64,000 nucleotides of DNA from positions 3,480 to 67,479 of the forward strand of contig JBAUZT010000005.1 in assembly GCA_049585415.1 (NCBI GenBank), written 5' to 3'. Both the position numbers and the translations under genes were made by a program. The first letter of the stretch is position 1. The number at the start of each line of letters is the position of its first letter. The DNA is from Thermoplasmata archaeon. Its GTDB lineage: Archaea; Thermoplasmatota; Thermoplasmata; Lutacidiplasmatales; UBA184. Shown here in pieces: positions 8,219 through 17,924 of the stretch. A model generated the notes under the pieces. It was not told the origin of the DNA and did not search any database. It saw only the letters and a program-made list of their open reading frames with translations.

Positions 8219-10639
8219 TTGGTGTCGGCCTCCGAGACGTCGAGGGCGTCCTCGGTCCCTCCGATCTTTGGTCGCTCGGACGCGGTCGCCGAGATCGACC
8301 GGACGCTCGAGCACGCCGCCTCGGGGAAGGGCGAGGGCCTGCTGCTCTCGGGCGACGACGGTTCGGGAAAGAGCCACTTCCTCCGCTCCGCCGTCGTTCG
8401 CGCCCGGCACCGCCGATTCACCGTCCTCGAGGGCCGCGCACTGCCCGAAGATATCCCGCAACCGTTCTCGCTCGTGCGCGACCTCGTCCGCGCCGTCGCG
8501 CCCCCGGCTCGGGCCGACCCCGCGGCGACCGACCCCTCGTCCGCGTTGCCGACCTTTCTCGCCCCGTTCTCGGGCCGACCGGACGCTGCCGACGCCCCGC
8601 TCTCCGACCGGGGGGTGACGACGCTCGAGCCGGAGGCACACGGGACCCCCCGCACTCCGTTCGACGTCCCGGGCGAATGGATCGGGACCAGCCGGGAGGA
8701 GCTCTACGGAAACCTCACGCGGTACCTCCTCGACCTCGCGGGCGAGGGCCCCCTGCTCCTCGCGATCGACGACCTCCACTTCGCCGACCGGTCGTCGATC
8801 GAGTTCCTCGGTCGATTGGCGCCGAAGATCGGCGACCGGCCGATAGCGATCGTCGCGACCGTCGCGGTCGGGAGCCGGATCCCGGACCGAGTCCGCGAGA
8901 TGCTCGAATCGCTCGCGCGGTCGACGACGATGCGCACCGTGCCACTGCGCCCCCTCTCCTCGGCCGAGGTCGCGGAATTCGCGAGCTGGATCCGGCGCGG
9001 TCTCCCGCCCGACCCGGCGGACGTCCTGCGATGGCACGCGCAGACCGAGGGGAATCCCCTGTTCGTCGAGCAGCTCGTCCGATCCTCCACCGGGGCGGGC
9101 GTCCGGCCCTCGCCGCTCTCCGGTAGCGGGGGCCTTCGGGAGATCCTCCTCGGCCGCGTTCAGGAACTGAACGAGGTCGAGGCCCGGGTCCTCACCTATG
9201 CGGCACTGCTCGGGAAGGAGTTCGCCCTCTCGAACCTGGTCGCGATATCGGAGATGAGCGAGGAGCGGGTGACGGAGAGCCTGGACCGCCTGGTCGCGCT
9301 CGGCCTCCTGCGCGAAAAGGGCGACGGGGTCGTCGAATTCGTCACCGAAGGGGTGCGCGCCGGCGTCTACGCGAAGCTGACCGAGACCCGGCGCCGGATC
9401 CTGCATCGCCGCATCGGCCGTTCGCTCGAGGAGCACGGACGCGCGAGCGAATTCGAGCTCGCGCGGCAGTTCTACCTCGGTCGGGACGACCCCAAAGCGT
9501 CCGAGTACAACCTGCGCGCCGCGCAGACCGCCATGCGGGCGTTCGCGTTCGAGACCGCGGTCGCGCACCTCGACCGGGCGCTTGAGGCCGAGCGGCGTCG
9601 CGGCGACCGCGACTCGGCTCGCGAGTTGCGGATCCTGAACGAGCTCGGCCGCGCGCTGGACGAGCTCGGAGACCTCCGCCGTTCCGAGGTCGTCCTCTCC
9701 GAAGCCGTCCAACTCGCGCGGACCCGGCCGGACCTCGAGGCCGAGCTCGGACGGGCCCTCTTGAACCTCGCCCAGACCCGACAGGACCAGAGCGAGTACC
9801 CCTCCGCCGAGGCGCTCGCGCGCGAGGCGTACCGATGGCTCGAGCGGAAGGGCACCCCCCGCGAGATCATGATGGCCAACCGCGTCCTCGGGGTCGTCAA
9901 CTGGCGCCTCGGCAAGCTCGCGGAGGCGGAGACCCAGTTGCGGCTCGTGCTCGACATCGCCTCCCACGAGGGGACGTCGATCGAGCGCGGTCACGCGCTC
10001 GTCGACGTGGCGAACGTGATGCTCCAGCGCGACGACCGCGGATTCTCCCAGGCGCTCGAGCTCTACGAACAGGCCGCGGAACTGTTCGGCAGTGGACAGG
10101 ACCTCGGAGCGCGCGCCCGGGTGCTCATGAACCGCGCCGTGCTCCTCTACTCCGCCGGACGTCGCGAAGAGGCGATCGCCGGCCTCGACCAGGCGATCGA
10201 GGCCGCGGAACGCTCCCGCTCGCCGATTTGGATCGGCTACTGCTATCTCAACCGCGCCCTCATGGAGGCGGAGCTCGGGCACTCCGAGCCCGCGCGACCG
10301 GCCCTCGAACGGGCGTCCGCCTTCCTCCTGCCGCTCGGCGATCGGCTCGCCCCCGAGCAGATCTCGCTCGCCCGGGGGCTCCTCGCGGAGGCCGAGAAGG
10401 AGTACGACGCCGCCGAGGCGCACTTCGAGGACGCGTTGCGGCAGGCGCGCGCTCTCAACGCCGAGCCCGAGGTCTGCGAGATGCTCTTCCGGCTCGCCCA
10501 CGTCGCGTTCTCCCGGGGGGACCTTCCCCTCGCCCGAGAGCGGCTCGCCGGCGCGCGCGCGGCCGGGCTCGAGCGCCTCCGCGGGGACCTGGGGGGACGA
10601 GTCGCGGCTTTGGACACGGCCCTCGCTGCGTCGAACTAG
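8219..10639 (+). CDS. STAND-type P-loop NTPase with winged helix and TPR array (MalT/AfsR-like architecture) and no effector domain
   Basis: Walker A LLSGDDGSGKSHF; Walker B PLLLAIDDLHFAD; GNPLF motif (GxP of ARC/HETHS); winged-helix segment (LLGKEFALSNLV…VVEFVTEGVRAGVYAKL…RRRILHRRIGRSLEE); long TPR region. TTG/GTG start about 20–30 nt downstream of an ATTATCTACC TATA-like box. Confidence 0.8.
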   Translation: MVSASETSRASSVPPIFGRSDAVAEIDRTLEHAASGKGEGLLLSGDDGSGKSHFLRSAVVRARHRRFTVLEGRALPEDIPQPFSLVRDLVRAVAPPARADPAATDPSSALPTFLAPFSGRPDAADAPLSDRGVTTLEPEAHGTPRTPFDVPGEWIGTSREELYGNLTRYLLDLAGEGPLLLAIDDLHFADRSSIEFLGRLAPKIGDRPIAIVATVAVGSRIPDRVREMLESLARSTTMRTVPLRPLSSAEVAEFASWIRRGLPPDPADVLRWHAQTEGNPLFVEQLVRSSTGAGVRPSPLSGSGGLREILLGRVQELNEVEARVLTYAALLGKEFALSNLVAISEMSEERVTESLDRLVALGLLREKGDGVVEFVTEGVRAGVYAKLTETRRRILHRRIGRSLEEHGRASEFELARQFYLGRDDPKASEYNLRAAQTAMRAFAFETAVAHLDRALEAERRRGDRDSARELRILNELGRALDELGDLRRSEVVLSEAVQLARTRPDLEAELGRALLNLAQTRQDQSEYPSAEALAREAYRWLERKGTPREIMMANRVLGVVNWRLGKLAEAETQLRLVLDIASHEGTSIERGHALVDVANVMLQRDDRGFSQALELYEQAAELFGSGQDLGARARVLMNRAVLLYSAGRREEAIAGLDQAIEAAERSRSPIWIGYCYLNRALMEAELGHSEPARPALERASAFLLPLGDRLAPEQISLARGLLAEAEKEYDAAEAHFEDALRQARALNAEPEVCEMLFRLAHVAFSRGDLPLARERLAGARAAGLERLRGDLGGRVAALDTALAASN

Positions 10640-10650
10640 CCTCTACGGTT

Positions 10651-11445
10651 ATGGTGACCGGACCGCTCGCCGCCCCGATCGCGATGGTCGACGATGGCTC
10701 GCCGCACCCCGACCGCCGGGACCCGACGTTCGAGCGGGACGTGCGTCGGATGTTCACTCACATCGCCCAGCGATACGAGTGGTTCGACCATGTCGCGTCC
10801 ATGGGCAATGACCTCCTGTGGCGACCTCGCGCCCTCTGGGACCTCGACCGGTTCCGCTCCCCGGGACCAGTCGAGCGGATCCTCGACCTGGGATGCGGCA
10901 CCGGCGAGCTGACGCGGCTCGCCGCTCGGCATTTTCCGAGCGCGCGGGTCTTCGGCGTGGACTTCACGGCCGCGATGCTGTCGGTCGCCCGTCGGCGCAC
11001 CGACGGACTCGCTCCGGCGGGACGGATCTCCTACGGCCGCGCGACCGCGATGCGCCTCCCGTTCCCCGACGGGACGTTCGACCTCGCCACGAACGCGTTC
11101 CTGGCGCGGAACCTGGTCGACCTCGACGCGGCGCTCGCGGAGATGCATCGCGTCCTCCGTCCGGGCGGCGTCCTCCTCGTCCTCGAGATCACCGAGCCGG
11201 TCTCTCCCGCGTTCGGCGCGATCTTCCACGCGTACTTCGACCACGTCGTTCCGTGGCTCGGGGCCGCGGTCGACAGTGCGGGGCCGTACCGCTACCTTCC
11301 CGAATCGCTCCGACGGCTCCCCCCGCGCCCGAAGTTCCTCGACGCGCTCCGGGGGGCCGGGTTCTCCCGTGCCGAGGCGTTCCCGCAGTCGATGGGGATC
11401 GTCACGACGTTCCTCGCGGACGCGGGGCCCCGGCGAAGCCGTTAA
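10651..11445 (+). CDS. Class I SAM-dependent methyltransferase (UbiE/MenG-like)
   Basis: Motif I ILDLGCGTGELT and post-I GVDFTAAML. Start at MVTGPLAAP (10651), immediately after the stop of the preceding gene (10639). Confidence 0.8.
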   Translation: MVTGPLAAPIAMVDDGSPHPDRRDPTFERDVRRMFTHIAQRYEWFDHVASMGNDLLWRPRALWDLDRFRSPGPVERILDLGCGTGELTRLAARHFPSARVFGVDFTAAMLSVARRRTDGLAPAGRISYGRATAMRLPFPDGTFDLATNAFLARNLVDLDAALAEMHRVLRPGGVLLVLEITEPVSPAFGAIFHAYFDHVVPWLGAAVDSAGPYRYLPESLRRLPPRPKFLDALRGAGFSRAEAFPQSMGIVTTFLADAGPRRSR

Positions 11446-11482
11446 GTCGGCGCGGGACCGCTTGGCTGGGAAGGGGGTCGGC

Positions 11483-12598
11483 ATGGCGTTCGACGCATTC
11501 CGATACGCCCACGCGCACCGCGCCGCGGTGGCGTGGATGAGCCAGAACACGAACCACCTCGTGCCGCCCGAGGTGATCCGGGGCGCGCTCGAGGCCGCGA
11601 TCCACGAGCGACGCTACGAGGGGTACCCGTACGGTCCCGGGGACCCCGAGCTCCTCGACCTCGTCGCGCGCGACCTGGCGCTTCCCGGCGCGGTCCCGTT
11701 CCTTACCGCCGGCGGCACCGAATCGCTCTACATGACCATGCGCGCGCTGCTCGGACCGGGCGACGAGGTCGTCGCCTCCGACCCGAGCTACCTCATCATC
11801 CACAAGTTCATCGACCTCTCCGGCGCCCGGACCCAGAACCTCGACATCTACGCGCCGCCGTTCCGGCTCACCGCCGACCGCGTTCGCGAGGCGGTCGGGC
11901 CGAAGACCCGGATGATCCTGCTCATCGACCCGTTGAACCCGCTCGGTTCGGGGTACCCGCGCGACGAGGTGCGGGCAATCGCCGAGGTCGCGCACGACCA
12001 CCACCTCTGGCTGCTCAATGACGTCACGTACCGGGACTTCGCGGACCATCCGACCCTCGCCGGAGAGTTCGCGCCCGAGGAGACGCTCACGATCTGGTCG
12101 GTCTCGAAGAACTGCGGCCTCGCGGGGCTCCGGATCGGAGGGTTCCTCGGTCCGCCCGAGCTCGTGAAAAAGATCGGCCGATTCAACACCAACGACCTCG
12201 GTGTCAACATCCTCGCGCAGGTCGGAGCGCTCGCTGCCTTGCGCACCAAATCCGAGTGGATCGGCGGCGTGCGGCGCCAGACCCGAGAGAACGGTGCCCG
12301 GATCCGCGCGGTCGTGGAGGGCCTGCCGGGGGCGACGCTGCCGGTCTACCCCTCGCAGGCGAACATGATGGTGATCGACCTCGCCGCGCTCGGCATCTCG
12401 CCGGAGGCGATCCAGGAGGAGCTCCTCGTGAAGCACGGTGTCTTCGTCCGCGCCGGCAACTACCTCTCCCCGACCCACGGCCAGCGGTTCGTGCGAGTGT
12501 CGTTCTCGAACCCCGCCAGCGACATCGACCGGTTCGTCGACGCCTTCCCCGACGCGGTCCGCGCGCTCGCGCCCCGGGCGAGCGCTCCGTCCGCTTAG
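11483..12598 (+). CDS. Pyridoxal-phosphate-dependent aminotransferase, class I/II
   Basis: PLP-lysine motif SVSKNCGLAGLRIGG. Start at MAFDAFRY (11483); the longer ORF-track start at 11276 overlaps the upstream gene and is rejected. Confidence 0.85.
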   Translation: MAFDAFRYAHAHRAAVAWMSQNTNHLVPPEVIRGALEAAIHERRYEGYPYGPGDPELLDLVARDLALPGAVPFLTAGGTESLYMTMRALLGPGDEVVASDPSYLIIHKFIDLSGARTQNLDIYAPPFRLTADRVREAVGPKTRMILLIDPLNPLGSGYPRDEVRAIAEVAHDHHLWLLNDVTYRDFADHPTLAGEFAPEETLTIWSVSKNCGLAGLRIGGFLGPPELVKKIGRFNTNDLGVNILAQVGALAALRTKSEWIGGVRRQTRENGARIRAVVEGLPGATLPVYPSQANMMVIDLAALGISPEAIQEELLVKHGVFVRAGNYLSPTHGQRFVRVSFSNPASDIDRFVDAFPDAVRALAPRASAPSA

Positions 12599-13479
12599 GC
12601 CGCCGGCTTCAGCCGGGCGTCCACCACGACGTGCGTGCGGCCGGGACCATACGGTTTGACCTCGCGCACCCCGGGGGGCTCGACGACAGTGGCGCCGACC
12701 TCGGCCGCGGCGACCTCGAGCTGGCGAGCGGCCTCTCGCCGGGATCCGCGCGCATCCACGACGAGGTGGACATGCACCCAACCCCCCTCGTTCCGGAGGA
12801 GCTCGACCGCTCGCGGGAGCCAGGGAAGCGCATCGGGCAGGTAGCCGAGGAACACGCGGTCCGCGCCGTGCGGGGAGAGCGGGATCGACCGGTTCTCTCC
12901 GAGGAAGCACCGGACGCGGTCCTCGACCCCGTTGCGCCGGACGTTCTCCTCGAGGTACCGGTACGCGATCGGGTTCTTCTCCACCGCCACGACCCGCGTC
13001 GCGGGGCCGCTCCGGGCGGCCGGGATCGTGAAGTACCCGATGCCGGCGAACAGGTCGACCACCGACTCGCCCGGGCGGACGAGCGCGCCGGCCCGTCGGC
13101 GTTCCGATTGGTTGCCCGCGGCGAACATCACGCGCGCGGCGTCGAACCGCCAGCGCACGCCGTGCTCGACGACCTCCGTCTCGGTCTCGGTCCCGACCCA
13201 TCGCTCGACCCGGGGTTCTCGGAACTCTCCCTCGACCGGTCCGAGTCGGTTCATCACGGTCTCGACCCCCAGCTCCTCCTGCCAGGCGCGCCCGATCACG
13301 TCGCCGAGCGGCCGATAGCGCGCGGGGAGCCGCAACAGGAGCACGCGCCCCATCCGCTGGTAGCCGTCGGGGATCCCGAGGGCCCATCGTTCGCCGGCCG
13401 TCGCGCGGACCCGGTCGCGAACCCGGTCCGCCGGCGATCGACGCGGACCTCGCGACGGGCGCAGCGGGGCGGTCGGCAT
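12595..13479 (-). CDS. trm5: tRNA (guanine37-N1)-methyltransferase Trm5 / Taw2-like class I methyltransferase
   Basis: SAM motif VVDLFAGIGYFTIPAA and overall archaeal Trm5/TYW2 pattern. 4-nt convergent overlap with the aminotransferase. Confidence 0.8.
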   Translation of the reverse strand: MPTAPLRPSRGPRRSPADRVRDRVRATAGERWALGIPDGYQRMGRVLLLRLPARYRPLGDVIGRAWQEELGVETVMNRLGPVEGEFREPRVERWVGTETETEVVEHGVRWRFDAARVMFAAGNQSERRRAGALVRPGESVVDLFAGIGYFTIPAARSGPATRVVAVEKNPIAYRYLEENVRRNGVEDRVRCFLGENRSIPLSPHGADRVFLGYLPDALPWLPRAVELLRNEGGWVHVHLVVDARGSRREAARQLEVAAAEVGATVVEPPGVREVKPYGPGRTHVVVDARLKPAA

Positions 13480-13488
13480 CCGGGCCGC

Positions 13489-14244
13489 CTAGGAGGACGG
13501 ACGCTCCGCGCCGGCCTCGAGGATCACTTCGAGGAACTGCTTCAGATGGGCCGTGAGGATCGGGTTGTCGGTGAACCCGCACGCCTCGAGCCCCGGGGCC
13601 GCGAGGAGCGCGTGGGCGCCGTCCGCGAGCACCTCGGTCGCGAGCAGGTTCTCGCGCGCCAGGTACTCGACCCCCTCGGGCATCCGCTGCCGAGGCGAGG
13701 TGACGAACGTGACCCGGACCCCGCGCTTGACCGCGTGCTGGATCTTCTTCATCAGCTCGTCGCGGACGTCCGCGACCCCGGGCGTCGTCAGGATGAACGT
13801 CTGGGTCGACTGGTCGAGCAGCTCGCCGATCTTCGCGACCACCTTGTCGTGGCCCGAGAGCAGGTAGACGAGCTGGGGCTCGCCGTGCTCGGCGACCGTC
13901 CGGTGGAGCGCCGCGAGCTTCTCGAAGACCTCCTGGATCGCCTCCTTGAGCTGGTCGGCGACCTCGAGCGGCGCCGTGGGACGGAAGAGGATCGGCTTGC
14001 CGCCCGTCGGTTGGGCGTACCCCTTCTCCGCGAGCGATTCCAGGACCTTGTAGGCGCTGGTGCGCGGGATGCCGGCCGCGGTGGCGAGGGTCGCCGCGTC
14101 GCCGACGCCGCGCGCGACCAGCGCGATGTAGGCGCGGGCCTCGTACTGGGTCAGCCCGACCTTCCCGAGGACACCCGCCGCGCGTCGGAACTCCTCGCTC
14201 GTCTGGTTTCCGAGGGCGACCGCCGCCTCTTCGATCGTCGCCAT
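13489..14244 (-). CDS. TrmB-family transcriptional regulator
   Basis: N-terminal winged HTH GLTQYEARAYIALV…GIPRTSAYKVLESLAEKG is typical of the TrmB family; C-terminal sensor-like domain. Confidence 0.8.
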   Translation of the reverse strand: MATIEEAAVALGNQTSEEFRRAAGVLGKVGLTQYEARAYIALVARGVGDAATLATAAGIPRTSAYKVLESLAEKGYAQPTGGKPILFRPTAPLEVADQLKEAIQEVFEKLAALHRTVAEHGEPQLVYLLSGHDKVVAKIGELLDQSTQTFILTTPGVADVRDELMKKIQHAVKRGVRVTFVTSPRQRMPEGVEYLARENLLATEVLADGAHALLAAPGLEACGFTDNPILTAHLKQFLEVILEAGAERPSS

Positions 14245-14303
14245 GGAGGTCCGGTCGGCGGACGGAACGGGGCCGTCTTAACGGTGCGCCCGTCCCCTCG
14301 GGC

Positions 14304-15704
14304 TCACGGCACGGGGTCGGCGAGCTTCAAGAGCGCCTTCGGGCCGAGCAGTTCGTCCACCTCCACTCGGGTGAGGAGCCCCTGCTCGACGAGCAGCTCC
14401 TTGACCGGCCGACCGCTCTGTTCGGACTCGTGGAGGAGTTCCGCGACCTTGAGGTACCCGAGCCGCGGCGTGAGGACGGTCGCGATCGCGTGCGATTCGA
14501 CCAGGTACTTCTCGAGCCGCGTCGGGTTCGCGACGATCCCGTCGACGCAGCTCCGGGCGAAGACGGGGAGATAGCGCGTCAGGATCTCGCTGGAGAACAG
14601 GACCTCGTATGCCGCGAGGGGCATCATCACGTTGATCTCGAGCTGCCCGGCCTGGACGGCGTACGCGGTCGCGGCGTCCGCGCCGATCACATGGAAGGCG
14701 ACCATCGTGAGGCACTCGGCCGCGGAGGGATTCACCTTCGCCGGCATGATCGACGACCCGGGCTGGATCTCGGGCAGTCGGATCTCGTCGAACCCGGTCG
14801 CGGGGCCGCTCGAGAGCAACCTGAGGTCGCCCGAGAGCCGGACCAGCTCGAGGGCGAGCGTTCGAAGCCAAGCGGACGCCGCGCCCAGGGACCAGCGGCT
14901 CTGCATCGTCTCGAACGGGTCGCGAGCGGCGGTGAGCGGGAGCCCGGTCAGTCGGGCGTACTCCGCGACCGCGGCGGCGCGGAAGCCGGGGACGGAGTTG
15001 ACGCCGCTCCCGACCGCGCTCCCCCCGAGCGGCAGCTCGGCGAGCCCCCGCTCGATCGGCGGGAGCGTCTCGCGAACATGCTCGAGCGCCGACGCGTACG
15101 CCCGGAGCTCGGCGCCGAGCGTCACGGGCATCGCGTCCTTCAAGTGCGTACGTCCCGCCTTGGGAAGCCGGGCGAACTCCTCGCCCTTCCGTCGGAGGCT
15201 CTCCGTCAGCGTCGTGAGGGACGTCACGAGCTCGCGCAGCGCGAGGAGCGTCGCGACCTGCGCCGCCGAAGGGAAGGTGTCGTTCGTCGACTGCCCCCGG
15301 TTCACATGGTCGTTGGGGCTCAGCTCCGCGTAGTCCCCGCGGGGGCGCCCGAGGATCTCGAGCGCCCGGTTGGTGAGGACCTCGTTGACGTTCATGTGGA
15401 AGGACGTCCCGGCACCCGCCTGGAAGACGTCCACGACGAACTCGCGGTCGAACCGGCCCGCGGCCATCTCCTCCGCGGCCTGCCCGAGCGCCTTGGCACG
15501 ACGCTCGTCGAGGCCGCCCTTCGCGAGGTTCGCCCGCACGCACGCGAGCTTGAGGAGCGCGTACGCTCGGATCAGGTGGGGCGACTCGGTGAGGCCGCTC
15601 ACGGGGAAGTTCTCTCGCGCTCGGAGGGTCTGGATCCCCCAGTAGACGTCGTCGGGCACCTCCCGCGGGCCGAGGGAATCCTTCTCCGTACGGGGAGGAA
15701 CCAT
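14304..15704 (-). CDS. Fumarate-lyase superfamily enzyme (class II fumarate hydratase / aspartate ammonia-lyase)
   Basis: Signature GSSIMPAKVNP; N-terminus TEKDSLGPREVP…YWG; 466 aa. I cannot separate FumC from AspA by eye. Confidence 0.88.
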   Translation of the reverse strand: MVPPRTEKDSLGPREVPDDVYWGIQTLRARENFPVSGLTESPHLIRAYALLKLACVRANLAKGGLDERRAKALGQAAEEMAAGRFDREFVVDVFQAGAGTSFHMNVNEVLTNRALEILGRPRGDYAELSPNDHVNRGQSTNDTFPSAAQVATLLALRELVTSLTTLTESLRRKGEEFARLPKAGRTHLKDAMPVTLGAELRAYASALEHVRETLPPIERGLAELPLGGSAVGSGVNSVPGFRAAAVAEYARLTGLPLTAARDPFETMQSRWSLGAASAWLRTLALELVRLSGDLRLLSSGPATGFDEIRLPEIQPGSSIMPAKVNPSAAECLTMVAFHVIGADAATAYAVQAGQLEINVMMPLAAYEVLFSSEILTRYLPVFARSCVDGIVANPTRLEKYLVESHAIATVLTPRLGYLKVAELLHESEQSGRPVKELLVEQGLLTRVEVDELLGPKALLKLADPVP

Positions 15705-15790
15705 GGCGAACGGAGGGGGGTCGGCGACAAAACCCTTTACTCCGTGCCGGCTGACGGAGCCGCCACCCGGCCGGGCGCCGGCGCTTCCCT

Positions 15791-17632
15791 GTGATCGATT
15801 CGGTCCAGCTCGCGAACGACATCGCCGGCAATGTCGCGGCGCTCTCCCTCCCCGCGCTCCTGTGGGCGCTGCTCTACCTGGTCGCCTGGGAGCACGGACC
15901 GTTCGCCGCGAGCATCGGGTTCGGACGCCGCACCTTCTGGTTGCTGTTGCCGGGCGCCCTCCTCGCGAGCCTCGCGCTGTTTCCGGTCGCGCCGATCACG
16001 AACGACTGGCTCGCGATCAGCCTTGCCGGGGCACTGTTCCCGATGCTCGTCGCCCTGCTCGCCGTGGCCCGACTCGCCCCGCCCGGGCGGTCGAGCGTCC
16101 CCCTCTTCCTCGCCGTGCTCGCCGTGGAGTCCACAGCCCTGCTGTTGATCGTCGTCGAGGTCCACTCCTCGCTGGTTCAGCTCGCGAGCGTGGTCGTCGT
16201 CGCCACCGCCGTGCCCGCCGCGGTCGGTCTCTCCGCGACGGGCGCCCACCGCGCCGCGTATGGGCGGGTCGCGGCATTGCTCGGCCTCACTTCGGGGGTC
16301 CTGGTCGCCACGTTCGCCGCCGCCACCGCGATCCCCGGGGTTGGGATCGAGGAGCTGTTCCCCGTCTACCTCCTTCCTCCGCTCGGCGCCGGCGCGGTGG
16401 TGGCGGTCGTGGCGGAGTGGGTGTTCCCGGGCGAGGAGGGGTTCGCCCTGCCGGCCGCGTTCGCGGCGGGAACGTTCGGGGTGTTGATCGGCGCCGATGT
16501 GCTCCGCCAGCCCCCGCTCTACGTCGCCGGAACGCCCCCGGGGCTCTACGCGATCGGGGGTGCGGGCGTGTTCGACCTGGTCTATCTTTCCGGGTTGCTG
16601 GCGTTCGCGGGGGCCTGGCTCGTCCACCGGGTGCTCGGACGCGGTTACGCTCCGGTCGGCCCACCGCTCGCCGAACCCGCGCCGACCCCGATCGGCCGGC
16701 TCGGGCGCTCGTTCCTCGCGGGGGTCGACGGGCACCTCGACGAATCGGTGTTCGCCTCCGCAAACGCCGGACGTGCGGCGGCGGCCCAGGCGCATCTCCT
16801 TCTCGGGGTCCCCGAGGGTGCTCCCGACCGTCCGTGGCAGGGACTGCCGGTGCCGGGGTGGGTCGTCGCCGACCAGGCGAACCTCGACTCTGTCGCCCGC
16901 TCGAGTTCGGTCGATGGGCGGGAAGGTTTCCGCGCCTTCCTGACGGCGCGGTGGCTCGTGCTGCTCGGCCGGGAGCTCGGAGCCCGGCGGTTCGCGTCGA
17001 TCGGCGCGCGGACGGCGGCGTTCTCGATCGACCTCGCGACCGTCACCGCCCCCGCGGTCCTCCTGTGGTGGTACCTGATCCAGTCGAACCCCGGGTCGAT
17101 CGATGCCGTCGCCGGGAACATTCCGTTCAACACGTCGATCTACGGGTTCGCCGCGTTCGCGTTCTTCTACTTCGTCCTCGCCGAAACGTTCGCGGGCGGC
17201 ACGCTCGGAAAACGGCTCCTCGGGCTCTCGGTGCGGAACCGGGAGATGCAGGCGCCGAAGTTCTCCGCCGCGCTCGTCCGGAACGCGTCGAAGCTCCCCA
17301 CCCTGTCGATCGTGGGGGTCGGGTTCGCGATCGCCCTCCTACTCCTCTTGAAGACGAGCGGGAGCGGGACGTACTCCCCGGGCGTAGGGAGCCCGGTGCC
17401 TCCGGGGGTGCTGGATTTCCTCGGCGCGCTCACGTTCATCATCGTGGGCATCGGACTGCTCGGCGCGATCGCGGTACTCGTCATCCTCCTGACGTCCGAG
17501 CGTCAGCGCTGGGGCGACCTCGTCGCCGGCACGTGGGTGGTCCGGACTACGCTACCGGCGGTGCCGGGGTGGAGCCCGCCGGTCCCTCCGGCGCCGGCGC
17601 CGGTCCCGTCGGGAGGGGGCCCGTCCGGGTGA
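15791..17632 (+). CDS. Polytopic membrane protein: DUF1614-like N-terminal region fused to a C-terminal RDD-family domain
   Basis: More than 10 predicted TM helices. C-terminal segment FAAFAFFYFVLAETFAGGTLGKRLLGLSV matches the RDD-family pattern. The N-terminal family assignment is from memory and uncertain. Confidence 0.6.
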   Translation: MIDSVQLANDIAGNVAALSLPALLWALLYLVAWEHGPFAASIGFGRRTFWLLLPGALLASLALFPVAPITNDWLAISLAGALFPMLVALLAVARLAPPGRSSVPLFLAVLAVESTALLLIVVEVHSSLVQLASVVVVATAVPAAVGLSATGAHRAAYGRVAALLGLTSGVLVATFAAATAIPGVGIEELFPVYLLPPLGAGAVVAVVAEWVFPGEEGFALPAAFAAGTFGVLIGADVLRQPPLYVAGTPPGLYAIGGAGVFDLVYLSGLLAFAGAWLVHRVLGRGYAPVGPPLAEPAPTPIGRLGRSFLAGVDGHLDESVFASANAGRAAAAQAHLLLGVPEGAPDRPWQGLPVPGWVVADQANLDSVARSSSVDGREGFRAFLTARWLVLLGRELGARRFASIGARTAAFSIDLATVTAPAVLLWWYLIQSNPGSIDAVAGNIPFNTSIYGFAAFAFFYFVLAETFAGGTLGKRLLGLSVRNREMQAPKFSAALVRNASKLPTLSIVGVGFAIALLLLLKTSGSGTYSPGVGSPVPPGVLDFLGALTFIIVGIGLLGAIAVLVILLTSERQRWGDLVAGTWVVRTTLPAVPGWSPPVPPAPAPVPSGGGPSG

Positions 17633-17924
17633 GGGGGATCGCGATCGACGACACGTTCGCCTCGCGTCCGTCGCGGTTGACGAGGCGCTCGGTGCCGATC
17701 GCGATCGCGCCGAGCTCGACCTGACCTTCGAGGAAGCGACGTCGCACGACCTCGACCACGTCGACGGCTTTCGCGATCGCGTTGCCGCGCGCCTTCACGA
17801 TGACGGGGCCCGCGCCGCTATTGAGCTGGGTGACCACCTGGAAGACGTACGTCATCGTCGGCTTCAGTCCGATGAAGACCGTGGCGCTCATCCCCGCGGA
17901 GGACCGACGCTTCTCTTCCGCCAT
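17547..17924 (-). CDS. albA: Chromatin protein Alba (DNA/RNA-binding)
   Basis: MAEEKRR…TVFIGLKPTMTYVFQVVTQLNSGAGPVIVKARGNAIAKAVDVVEVVRRRF…ANVSSIAIPLTR aligns well to Alba. Start placed at the internal Met (17924); the 64-codon N-terminal extension of the ORF-track entry is rejected. The 3' end overlaps the convergent membrane-protein gene by 86 nt. Confidence 0.88.
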   Translation of the reverse strand: MAEEKRRSSAGMSATVFIGLKPTMTYVFQVVTQLNSGAGPVIVKARGNAIAKAVDVVEVVRRRFLEGQVELGAIAIGTERLVNRDGREANVSSIAIPLTRTGPLPTGPAPAPEGPAGSTPAPPVA

